From Octopus vulgaris (lineage: Eukaryota), in the NCBI GenBank assembly GCA_951406725.2, contig OX597820.1, forward strand, positions 46,500,001 to 46,564,000: 64,000 bases of DNA, in the 5' to 3' direction. Of the stretch, positions 13,929 through 25,439 are shown in pieces (the first letter of the stretch is position 1; every line of letters starts with the position of its first letter). Both the position numbers and the translations under genes were made by a program. The notes under the pieces are model-generated. The model worked only from the letters and a program-made list of their open reading frames with translations. It was not told where the DNA came from and searched no databases.

Positions 13929-14667
13929 ATACTCTTTACTCTTTTACTCGTTTACTTGTTTCAGTCATTTGACCGTGGCCATGCTGGAGCACCGCCTTTA
14001 GTCGAACAAATCGACCCCTGGACTTATTCTTTGTAAGCCTAGTACTTATTCTGTCTATCTCTTTTGCCGAACCGCTACGTTACAGGGACGTAAACACACC
14101 AGCATCGGTTTGTCGGGAGACAAACACAGACACACAAACATATACACACATATGCATATATATATATATACGACGGGCTTCTTTCAGTTTCCGTCTACCA
14201 AATCCATTCACAAGACTTTGGTTGGCCCGAGGCTATAGTAGAAGACACTTGCCCAAGGTGCCACGCAGACTGAACCCAGAACTATGTGGTTCGTAAGCAA
14301 GCTACTTACCAAACAACCACTACTACCCCTATATATATATGGCCAGATAACTGAAGAGATGGTGTTGTTGATTTCCACTTCGGCATCCGAGACTCAGAGT
14401 TTTATCTTGGCTATTGAATAATTGTCACATATTAATTTACAGATATGTATATATACTCTTTTACTCTTTTACTTGTTTCAGTCATTTGACTGCGGCCATG
14501 CTGGAGCACCGCCTTTAGTCGAGCAAATCGACCCTGGGACTTATTCTTTGTAAGCCCAGTACTTATTCCATCGGTCTCTTTTGACGAATCGCTAAGTGAC
14601 GGAGACGTAAACACACCAGCATCAGTTGTCAAGCAATGCTAGGGGGACAAACACAGACACACAAACG

Positions 14668-14739
<72 letters not shown>

Positions 14740-14987
14740 TACGACAGGCTTCTTTCAGTTTCCGTCTACCAAATCCACTCACAAGGCATTGGTCGGCCCG
14801 GGGCTAGAGCAGAAGACACTTGCCCAAGATGCCATGCAGTGGGACTGAACCCGGAACCATGTGGCTGGTTAGCAAGCTACTTACCACACAGCCACTCCTG
14901 CGCCTATAAATATATATCACGTGATCGACCAGACCATCAGATGTTTACCCCAGTGTCACTTTGATGGCATGAACTGCTCTCTCACTC

Positions 14988-15050
<63 letters not shown>

Positions 15051-15249
15051 GAGTATAGAGACTTGTTTATCCGCAAAATTTATTTTACAGTTTTATACAA
15101 CATATAATGACCTGTACGTGTTCCCACTAGTCAGGCTACTTGCGATTGCAGATACAACCTGGCACTATTATTGGTGCAGCTTATTCAGGATCCTTCCGTC
15201 TGGTCAGTCTCGAAGTATGTATGTATGTATGTATGTTTGTATGTATGTA

Positions 15250-15301
<52 letters not shown>

Positions 15302-15302
15302 G

Positions 15303-15385
<83 letters not shown>

Positions 15386-15548
15386 GTTATCGCCATACTA
15401 ATATGGCATTCTTATAAAAATAAGAATAAAGCTGTCCGCTTATTAGCTCCATGAGGCCATCGCCTTAAGTTAGCTATTTGATACACAAACTGTATCCATA
15501 TAACCTTCGAACAAGGGAGGTCAGTCGCTCCACACTACTTGACCGGCA

Positions 15549-15590
15549 GCTACAGACGCGTTTCGGGGTATTGCCCCTTTTCAATGTAGC
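15549..15590 (-). ncRNA. Identical hammerhead motif in the inverted arm
   Basis: Exact reverse complement of 15819-15860. Confidence 0.75.
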
Positions 15591-15818
15591 GTAGCCAGAC
15601 CAGTAGGTGTCGCTACTGACAATCTCTGTTCGAAGGTTTTATTTACCTAGCTTCGATAACTATTATTTTCCGGGAACGCTGCCGTTGTTCTCTTTTAGAG
15701 AGACTTAGTAATTTTAATATTTCTATTATTGAAAACAAGTGGATGTATTCCACCGAAGCTAGGTAAATAAAACCTTCGAACAGAGATTGTCATTAGCGAT
15801 ACCTACTGGTCTGGCTAC

Positions 15819-15860
15819 GCTACATTGAAAAGGGGCAATACCCCGAAACGCGTCTGTAGC
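15819..15860 (+). ncRNA. Minimal type I hammerhead ribozyme, U3:A8 core variant
   Basis: GCTACA-TTGAAAA-GGGG caata CCCC-GAAA-CGCG-TC^-TGTAGC. Stem I GCTACA/TGTAGC, stem II GGGG/CCCC, palindromic stem III ACGCGT, predicted cleavage after C15854. Confidence 0.78.
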
Positions 15861-16529
15861 TGCCGGTCAAGTAGTGTGGAGCGACTGACCTCCCTTGTTC
15901 GAAGGTTATATGGATACAGTTTGTGTATCAAATAGCTAACTTAAGGCGATGGCCTCATGGAGCTAATAAGCGGACAGCTTTATTCTTATTTTTATAAGAA
16001 TGCCATATTAGTATGGCGATAACTATTATTTTCCGGGAACGCTGCCGTTGTTCTCTTTTAGAGAGACTTAGTAATTTTAATATTTCTATTATATATATAT
16101 ATATATCACGTGATCACGTGACCGACCAGGCCATCAGATGTTGCTACACATCGCTGGTCACAATGCGTTCACATTGTTTTAGCCTTCGAATGACGCCACC
16201 CCGCTGGCTAAGCGAGCAGGCCAACAGAAGAAAGAGTGGGAGGAAGAGTGGTGAAAGAGTATGCAGAGTAGATGAAACTATGGCGACTGAAGAAGGGGAA
16301 TTTTCCTTGTGTTATTTGTCCTGTACTCTTTTTTTTTTGTTTAAGAAAAATGTCCAGTTCCTTGGTTTTGTGTTTATGTTTTTGTTTCTCATTGTGTTCG
16401 ACGTTTTTTTGGTGTCCTGTACCCATATATGCGTGTATATATACATGTAGAGGTAGGTACGTACATATATGTATATATATATATGCATGTTTTATTTATT
16501 AATATATATATATATATATATATATACAA

Positions 16530-16859
16530 ATTCCAGTTGGGACACAATTTTGTCTTAAAAATAACTTCATCTGCGCATCAAAGAATTTACTTTATCCCAT
16601 AAGGTGTGAAGGGTTCCACAAAGATTACATAGGGCAAACGAGCATTACCCTCAGAGAAAGGATAACAGTCCACCGCCAACAATTGAGGGATCCCACCACA
16701 AGACAGATACCACTTGGTGGGCACTTAGATCTCTGTGCACAAAACACGTCCCCCAAATTCCTAGTTTTCCCACTATATCAATGCTCGGACAACATCACTG
16801 ACCAAACACAAATAAATAATCTTATTCAAAAATACAGACCACTACTCAACATACTCTAA
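16530..16859 (+). mobile_element. Penelope-like element 3' fragment, GIY-YIG endonuclease
   Basis: Hand translation: NFICASKNLLYPIRCEGFHKDYIGQTSITLRERITVHRQQLR...GHLDLC...YRPLLNIL*. Followed by about 1 kb of degenerate CA-rich sequence. Confidence 0.8.
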
Positions 16860-17870
16860 CATACCCCCCAGGTACACACCCAAAACAAACACATACAGAT
16901 GTACAAAATCACACACACACAAATATAAGGCAAACCTCCGACGCATACACACGTATATACATATACACACACGCACAAACACAATATGCCCACACTAGAG
17001 CACAAGCCCACACACATCCCAAGATAAAGCACGTACATATATACACTTGTAATACGATTCACACACACACATACACATATACGTAAATACATACATGCAC
17101 ACATCTACACTCACCACCCCGAAAATTACAACTCACATTCACACAAACACACCCACACATACAGATACACACACAAACACGCGAATACAACACAACCCAC
17201 ACAAACACACACGCATACATGCACACATATGTACACACACACAGTCTCAAAAGAAAACACACACACATATACACACAATACAATCCCAACAATCACAACA
17301 AACACTCACAAACACACATACACACAAGCATGCACACACAATGGCACACCTCCATGACAAATACAAGACACAGAGACACACTCACACAAAACACACTCAC
17401 AGATATACACACACACTGCACTAACAATACAAACAAATCACTCACAAATACGGAACACACACGTGCACGCACACACACATACACAAACGCATACTCAGTA
17501 CCAACATACACAAAACGCACATGCACACACATTCATACCACCAGGATAAACCCAAGACACACGGACACACACAGAACCCCTGATAAATACAACACACTCA
17601 CACACACATACACATCCACACATGCCCACACACACATTTACACCCTCATGCACACGTACGGTTGCTCACACACATACACACTACAAGGACAATTAAAACA
17701 ACACAAACATACTCAGACAGAGGCACACACGCACTCACGTACACACACATAACATTCCCGCCAACACAAAACACACAAACATACACACGCACGCACACAG
17801 ACGCACACATACATATGCACCCTCACACATACATACGGCTATTCACACACACTCCTACGCCTATGTTACT
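16860..17870. repeat. Degenerate CA-rich low-complexity tract
   Basis: Seen directly; source of the spurious HT/CV-rich ORFs. Confidence 0.9.
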
Positions 17871-18135
17871 TATATGTTAATTACCATTTCTATACAGTAT
17901 TCTTTAATTCATATCCACATGATTTACCGATCTATTAGATTGTCTTTTTCTGGGTTTGTGTACTTGTCTGTTAGCGAAATTATATGTATAAAGTACACAT
18001 GCGTGTAAGAGAGACTCTAAGAGAAAAAGGGTATGTGAGAGAGAGAAAGAGAGTGAGAGAGAGCAGTAAATGGCTGTAGATGGCTATTTTAATTAAATCG
18101 TATCTCAGTAGAGTGCACTGGATTTTTAATGAGCC

Positions 18136-18719
18136 TGTAGTGGATGCAGGGGTGTATTAATAAATACATAAGTGCTTTGTAATAAATTAAAGATTTATTA
18201 ACACTACATCAATTTGTAAGCAATGTTACACATCGCTTGTACAAAATGCATATTAAATAGTGGTTGCAAATAATACATATTAAAGGAATGCATAATACAG
18301 GATACACATTAAAGCAGAATATGTTTGATGGTGTGTGTGTGTGCGTGTGTGTAAATAATGCATGACAGAGTCACCTTTCTGAATATTCTTTCGTCGTTCT
18401 CATAAATGCGTGACGTTCTCTTCAACGTTGATTCGGGTTCTCTCTAGATACCTATTTCTCCGTTCTATTTATAACATCTCAAATAGCCAGAAAAATAGAT
18501 ATACCGCAAGAGAGTTATCATTAAAGTAGGTCGCTGGTCGTCCTGTTAAACTTCGCCTGACCTGCTCGGGTCAGAGGTCGAAGGGAGACGATCCATCATT
18601 TTTTGTCAGAACAAAGAGATTCTGATTTCGCGCCTTTTTGTGCATTGGTATTTTACGACCAATGATTCTTGGGTCTGATTTCGAATCCAAGCTTTGAGAA
18701 GGAAGTGCTAATTCTTACA
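18136..18719 (-). repeat. 3' LTR (584 bp)
   Basis: Direct repeat of 23416-23998, preceded on - by the polypurine tract at 18720-18730. Confidence 0.95.
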
Positions 18720-19279
18720 CTACCCCCCTTCTAGTGAGAAAGCCATAGAGATCGAACGATATTGGAAATGTATTATTATTATTATTTTTTTTTTGTTGAT
18801 TGTGTGCATGTAGAAAAAAAATTTTTTTACACATTGAACGATAAAAATATGCATGAAAGGTTTACAATTTGTGTGTGCTATATGGTGGGCAATATGTATA
18901 TGTGCCCAGGCAGAATTATGTTGGCGCGTTGAAAGAGATGTGCGTCTATTGATTACTCGACCTACTAGGTCTAATAGAGGCAAGGCGTCTTTCAGTGGCG
19001 AAAAAATATCGAGTGATAGCACGCATGTGAACAAGATTTGTGAATGTGTGTGGATATACAGTTAGCAAAAAAAATATATTTATGAGAAAGCAAACATTTT
19101 GAAGAGAAAACCAAAAAATATGTACATGCAAAAATGAAAGAAATGTTCATCGGCAAAGTTCGATTTTGAAATGTTCCGTAAAAGTTCATACAGACAGTTT
19201 TTGTTTTCATTTTTTTTTTTTCTTTACGTACACAAATGTTCTTTGATTTCTCTGGGTGGGTGATGCAGTTATGTGTTCA

Positions 19280-22200
19280 TTAGGAAGATGGATACGTTAG
19301 GAGTTCAGAACTTACCCGAAAAACTTGCACAAACCTTGCTGGCCATCGAACTGTTCTTCCTGATTTGGTGTGTCGGGGTTGTGCAGAATCTGTGGTGTTC
19401 GCTGGAGTTGCCGAGTCTGTTTGAGGAAAAGAGGGGACTGAATGTAAGTCCTCCTCGATGAAAGCTTTTTTTAAACGATCAATCGAGACCGTATTTCGTT
19501 TACCTCCAATATCGAGGACGAAATACTTGGGTTCTCTTTTGATGACCTTGTAGGGCCCGGAATATGGTGGTCGAAGTTGAGAGGGTATCCCATCATTCCT
19601 CACGAAGACATGAGTCCATGTGTTGATATCTTTTGGGACACGTGAAACGACGTTCTGTTGTCTGGGGCCTGAGGGTGATACTTGCGACATGGATGTTCGT
19701 AATCGGTGCACATATTGTTGTGGGTCAGGGAAGTTTTGTGAAACAGGTTCGATCATCTGCCCAGGTAAGGTGAGTGTTGTGCCATAAACGAGTTCGGCCG
19801 GAGTATATCCCAGTTCTTCCTTAATCGTGGATCGAATTCCAAGGAGGATGAGAGGGAGATGTTCCAACCAGTGAGAACTGTCTGGAGCTGCTTTTATAGA
19901 TGCCTTGAGTTGGCGGTGAAAGCGCTCCACCATGCCATTTGCTGCAGGGTGGTAAGCTGTAGTGCGGGTGTGTTTACACCCGAGGAGACGAGTCAGCTCG
20001 GTGAAAAGGTGGGAATCGAACTGACGTCCTCTGTCGGTGGTAATTGTTGCGGGTGTGCCAAAACGCGAAACCCATTGTGATATCAGTGTTTTAGCGACCG
20101 TTTCTGCTGATATATCAGATAGGGCCAGGCTTCGGGCCATCGCGAGAACCTATCTACGCAAGTTAGCAAATATGAATAGTTCTGCGAAGGTGGCAGGGGT
20201 CCAACGATATCAATGTGAACGTGCTGAAATCGTGCATCGGGCTGCGAAAATGAACCGATTGGTGATTTTATGTGCCGGTGGATTTTCGCTTTTTGGCACG
20301 CAACACAGCACTTGGTCCATTCTCTGATATCCTTGTTGATACTGGTCCACACAAAACGGGTCGATATTAGCTTTTGAGTGGAGCGAATACCAGGATGTGA
20401 CAGAGAATGTAGAGCGGAGAAAACTTCTCGACGATATTTCTGTGGTACATAAGGGCGTTGGTAACCAATGGAAATATCACACCAAATATGGGCTGTGGAT
20501 GATGGTAGTGGAACATGCTGAAATTTCAGAGATGACGAATTCCGGAGCTTTAGAAGTTCTTCGTCATTCTCCTGGTCAGCTGCTATACGTGCCAGATCAA
20601 TTGTAGACGTGGTGTGGATAGCATTGATCTGCGCACGTGAAAGTGCATCGGCTGCCACGTTGGTCGTCCCTTTGATGTGGCGTATATCCGTCGTGTACTG
20701 CGATATGAAGTCGAGGTGGCGTATTTCTCTTGGCGAATGGCGATCCGGTTTGGTGTTAAATGCGTATACTAATGGCTTGTGGTCGGTATATATGGCAAAA
20801 TTGGTACCTTCTAGCATATGACGGAAATGCTTAACGGCCAGGTATGCCGCCAATAATTCCCGACTGAATGTGCTGTATTTGGTTTCCGCGGGTTTTAACC
20901 GCTTAGAAAAGAAAGACAACGGTTGCCATATACCGTCAACAAGCTGTTGTAGCACACCTCCGATTCCGGAATCGGATGCATCAACGAGTAAACATCGTGG
21001 GGCGTCTGGTTTTGGATAAACCAACATGGTAGCGCTAGATAACGCTTTTTTCAGGGCAGCGAAAGAAACGAGTTGATCTTCGGTCAGAGCTATATCTGCA
21101 TTTTTGCCGGTTCGCTGACGTAGCAAATCCGTGAGCGGTTGCGCTATTTCAGCGAGGTGGGGCACGAACCGTCGATAGAAATTCGCTAGACCGAGATATT
21201 CCCTTAATTTGCGGAGAGATGTGGGTGGTGGAAAATCCACGATGGCCTTGACTTTCTCGGGAAGGGGACGAATTCCATTTTTATCGACTATATGGCCGAG
21301 AAAATGAAGGGAAGCAACTCCGAACAAACATTTAGTAGGGTTGATAACAATTCCGAATTTACGTAAACGTTCGAATAGCAGGTGAAGGTGTTGATTATGC
21401 TCTTCGTCCGAGTTACTGGCCACGAGTATGTCGTCTATGTAGGCATAGACGAAAGGCAAACCTCTAGTCACCATGTCGATAAACCTTTGGAATGTCTGTG
21501 CCGCGTTTCGTAAACCGAAAGGCATACGCAGGAATTCAAACATTCCGAAAGGTGTAGTCACTGCTGTCTTTGAGATGTCTGCAGGTTCGACTGGGATTTG
21601 GTTGTATGCTCGCACCAGGTCGATTTTTGAAAAGATGCGAGCTCCATGCAGCGAGCTTGAAAAGTCCTGAAGAAAAGGCACCGGATAGGCATCACTGATA
21701 GTGCTTTTATTCAGTGATCGATAATCGCCGCAAACCCGCCAATCGGTCGATGATTTTTTGGGGACGCAGTGTATCGGCGAGGACCAGTTGCTGCTGGAAA
21801 CGCGGATGATTCCGAGGTCGAGCATGTGCTGGAATTCCCGCTTGACGGCCTGGAGACGATCAGGTGGTAACCTTCTGGGCCTTGCAGCAACAGGTGGACC
21901 GCTGGTTTTGATGTGGTGGGTAACGTCGTGCTTTATCGGCTGGTTATGAAAAACTGGCCGGGCGACATCTGGATAATCATTCAGGATGGAACTGTGACGA
22001 GTCGTTGTCGTAAGCATTACAGTTGGGCTGACTGTGTCCATTCGAGCGGCTATACCGCGCACAGTAAGCTTGGTGGTGGTGTCGACAAGTCGTCTGTTCT
22101 TTATGTCTACCAGGAGACCGAAATGATGCAGGAAATCGGCTCCTAAGATAGGGGTCGGCAGTTTAGCGACGACGAATACCCACTGAAATGTGCGGCGTAG

Positions 22201-22446
22201 TCCTATGTTTAATGTTAGGGACTGTTCACCGTAGGTTGGAATGGGTGAATGGTTGACTGCCTGAAGACAAACTGATGTCTCTTTTCTTTTTCCAGAAGTG
22301 TTGGAGACTGGTATGATGCTGACTTCCGCACCTGTGTCAACCAGGAAACGCGTGCCTGTTACACGATCGCAAACGAAAAACAGGCGACTGTGTGGGTGCG
22401 AACCAGGAACTTCCGTCGCGTTCAATTCCTGGCTGTGCCGTTTCCC
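19280..22446 (-). CDS. pol: Retrotransposon Pol (protease, RT, RNase H, integrase); entered by -1 frameshift; one extra 1-nt frameshift in integrase near 20122
   Basis: [26 protein letters not shown] zinc finger, [27 protein letters not shown] motif. Split over ORFs 20083-22521 and 19280-20140. Confidence 0.92.
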
Positions 22447-23297
22447 GAACTGGGTGAGGAAAACGAGCACGGCACCGTACATTTTTGTGCCCGTGTTCCG
22501 AATGTTCGGTGGTACCAACACGTGTCATGTGAGTTTCGGGTAGCACTGGGGCTTCGAGACCGTCTGCCATCTCGTCGAGATCGGCTGGTGCTTCGACGCT
22601 GGGGACTAAACTTTAGGGCTTGTATTTGGGCTGTGAGAATTTGTATTTGCGCAGCTTGCTGCGTCATTAATGCACGCAAATCCGAAATCTCTGAAGAACT
22701 GGTTTGTGCACGGAAAGGATTGGTACTGGGAGCGGCTGGCGTCACCGTCGATACCGTTGGATATCTGTGCGGTACTTCGGCTATTTTGTCAGCTAGCTCC
22801 GCCAGTTCTTCAAGGGATGTGTTTTCTCTGGTGGACGCGAGAACAACCTGGGTATTGGAGGGCAGACGCTGGAGAAAAAGTTGCTTGAAGATTTTTTCTG
22901 GGAGCGTCTCATCTCCGAGAAGCTGTTTCATTCTCCGAAGAAGCTGGGACGGCGTTTTGTCACCCAATTCTTCCGATATCAGAAGCTGGTGAAGTCTTTT
23001 TTGTTGGGATTCTGAGGTTCTGTTTATTAACGTAGTTTTAAAAACTTCATATGAAACAGAACCGGGTGGTGCCATGATAAGGTCGCGTATCACGTTCGTT
23101 ATTTCTGGTGACAGAGAACTGATAACGTGAGAAAGTCGAGCCGCATCGCTCGATATTCTGTGAGAGGCAAACTGTGCCTCTATATGGTGAAACCACAATG
23201 TCGGGTCGTGGGTCCAGAATGGTGGAATTTTTAACGAGATCGCCGCTTGGAATGCCATGTCGATGTTGGCCGCTGGGTTTTGTTCCGGGAGATTCAT
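22422..23297 (-). CDS. gag: Retrotransposon Gag, 291 aa, with CHCC-type zinc knuckle
   Basis: [23 protein letters not shown]-terminal motif. [18 protein letters not shown] (C-X2-H-X9-C-X3-C) is typical of the CsRn1 clade. Confidence 0.9.
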   Translation of the reverse strand: MNLPEQNPAANIDMAFQAAISLKIPPFWTHDPTLWFHHIEAQFASHRISSDAARLSHVISSLSPEITNVIRDLIMAPPGSVSYEVFKTTLINRTSESQQKRLHQLLISEELGDKTPSQLLRRMKQLLGDETLPEKIFKQLFLQRLPSNTQVVLASTRENTSLEELAELADKIAEVPHRYPTVSTVTPAAPSTNPFRAQTSSSEISDLRALMTQQAAQIQILTAQIQALKFSPQRRSTSRSRRDGRRSRSPSATRNSHDTCWYHRTFGTRAQKCTVPCSFSSPSSGNGTARN

Positions 23298-23402
23298 TGT
23301 TTTCGTCGGAATTTTCTGTTGCTTCGTTGCTGGTGATGTGCAAACTGTAATTCTTCGACGCGGTTGATGAAACTGGTTCCGGGGAAGGCGCGATTCGTTT
23401 TA

Positions 23403-23413
23403 CGGGGTCACCA
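23403..23413 (-). promoter_or_regulatory. Primer binding site complementary to the 3' end of tRNA-Trp
   Basis: TGGTGACCCCG, 2 nt inside the 5' LTR, complementary to ...CGGGGUCACCA of eukaryotic tRNA-Trp. Confidence 0.85.
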
Positions 23414-23415
23414 AA

Positions 23416-23998
23416 TGTAGTGGATGCGTGGTGTATTAATAAATACATAAGTGCTTTGTAATAAATTAAAGATTTATTAACACTACATCAATTTGTAAGC
23501 AATGTTACACATCGCTTGTACAAAATGCATATTAAATAGTGGTTGCAAATAATACATATTAAAGGAATGCATAATACAGGATACACATTAAAGCAGAATA
23601 TGTTTGATGGTGTGTGTGTGTGCGTGTGTGTAAATAATGCATGACAGAGTCACCTTTCTGAATATTCTTTCGTCGTTCTCATAAATGCGTGACGTTCTCT
23701 TCAACGTTGATTCGGGTTCTCTCTAGATACCTATTTCTCCGTTCTATTTATAACATCTCAAATAGCCAGAAAAATAGATATACCGCAAGAGAGTTATCAT
23801 TAAAGTAGGTCGCTGGTCGTCCTGTTAAACTTCGCCTGACCTGCTCGGGTCAGAGGTCGAAGGGAGACGATCCATCATTTTTTGTCAGAACAAAGAGATT
23901 CTGATTTCGCGCCTTTTTGTGCATTGGTATTTTACGACCAATGATTCTTGGGTCTGATTTCGAATCCAAGCTTTGAGAAGGAAGTGCTAATTCTTACA
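23416..23998 (-). repeat. 5' LTR (583 bp)
   Basis: Direct repeat of 18136-18719, adjacent to the PBS. Confidence 0.95.
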
Positions 23999-24379
23999 AG
24001 CCGGACGGTTATTCGCAACATCGGTGAATATTTTATTCACTTTTCCCTATTTCAGAGACGAAGAACTCATGTTCGAACATGTGGCTAGCTGCGATTGCGC
24101 ACCAATGAAAAGATCCCAAAAGGCTGAAATGAATTTGGCGGTCTCGCCGGCTGTTGCTAGGACGAATTTTGGTCTCTCACTGGTATTTATTGTGTTTTTG
24201 ATACAGCAAGACCATATGAGATTTTATCTCAGGACAAATACTGAAATAACTGGTATATCGACAGTCAGTATTAAGTATAATACATATATGGCTCTCTCTC
24301 TCTCTCTCTCTCTCGTGTACGCGCACGTGTATTTATGTATGCAGGTGTGTATCAACATGAATTTATATCTCTCTTTCAG

Positions 24380-24651
24380 GACATCCTGAATCCAAATTAT
24401 GGCTTGCTTCTTACTCGGCTTGGAAAGGTGTTGATCGTTGCTATGGTAAATGGGTACGTGGTGTGTGCGTATTTTCATCAAAAGATCTCCCGAATATTTT
24501 CAAGAAGAACCACCTCTTTGCTAATAAATTTTACCTCCATTTTAACCCAACAGCTATTGAATGTTTGGAAGAAATACTGCATAATCGAACAGTAACGCAA
24601 GCCGCATTCAATGATACTTTTTACAGACACTTGAAGTTTATTAACTCTTAA
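24380..24651 (+). CDS. GCNT-family glycosyltransferase coding exon 3 (C-terminus and stop)
   Basis: Acceptor ctctttcag|, phase 1. Encodes HPESKLWLASYSAWKGVDRCYGKWVRGVCVFSSKDLP...HLFANKF...AIECLEE...FINS*. The three exons total 1317 nt, 438 aa. Confidence 0.9.
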
Positions 24652-25439
24652 AATTACACCTCGGAAAATTTCGACATGGCTTTAGTTTACGAACCGAAGA
24701 AAAGTCGGTAAAGTGAACGGTTCTAAAATCTGGTAACGGCCGCTGTGCCTTGTTTATTAATTACCCTTATATTTTATTCGGTTTTGTCCAGTTTTGATGT
24801 AAATATTGAAATAATGTTATAAGGGATCTTTTCTGCTTGGCTGTGAAGGTCAATTTCTGGTAAAATTGATTTCCTATTCAGTGTGATGATACACATTTAT
24901 AGGCTAATCAATGCCATGAAAATCATTTTCGCCATACATCAATAAATAAAAAGTTATTAGCTATTAAAGTTTGAAAAATTTGGGTAGTTTTTTGCCAATC
25001 GTAAGCCAGACACATTCATACTCGTTTCCATAATAACAAGCCGAACCTGAGAACTCTTTTGTCTGCGAAAAAGCACATGTTGACAAATATATTGAAACCG
25101 CTTGTTGACGGTGGGTTCTGTTGTTTCACCCACCTGGAAATTTAACCGATCTGCTTGATTTGGGTGTTATACCCAAAAGAAAGAAGCATTTTATGAGTAC
25201 AAGAAAACGTGGTTGGAATATGTATTGACGATGTTAGCGCCAAGGATGCATGGAGTCTGTGTCAGTGAGGAAAGACACATGGCTTTGAAAGTAGCACCCT
25301 TCCTCTTAGGACTGTAGTGCTTTTCCTTTACTCATGTCTGGTTTTGTGTTGAAGAACTGAGGGTGAACCATTGCTCAGCTGCTGATTATAACAGCTATGT
25401 TCAGGAAGTACGTGCAGAGGACCTGGGTAGATTGTTGAG

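Larger units (their letters stand above)
15381..16091. mobile_element. Retrozyme-like or Penelope pLTR-like non-coding element: 363-nt monomer plus 75-nt partial tandem, preceded by an inverted 275-nt copy, within (TA)n
   Basis: Inverted arms 15381-15655 and 15754-16028 (two mismatches seen). Direct repeat 15654-15728 and 16017-16091. A hammerhead motif lies in each arm. Confidence 0.75.
18136..23998 (-). mobile_element. Full-length Ty3/Gypsy LTR retrotransposon, CsRn1/Boudicca-like clade, in GCNT intron 2
   Basis: TG..CA LTRs at 23416-23998 and 18136-18719, nearly identical. 4-bp TSD AGCC (18132-18135 and 23999-24002). PBS TGGTGACCCCG, PPT AAGGGGGGTAG. Gene order gag-PR-RT-RH-IN. Confidence 0.96.

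Noticed and set aside
24024-24300. Extra GCNT exon after the ttccctatttcag acceptor near 24055
   Set aside because: No GT14 similarity, and exons 2 and 3 already join in frame to a full-length protein.
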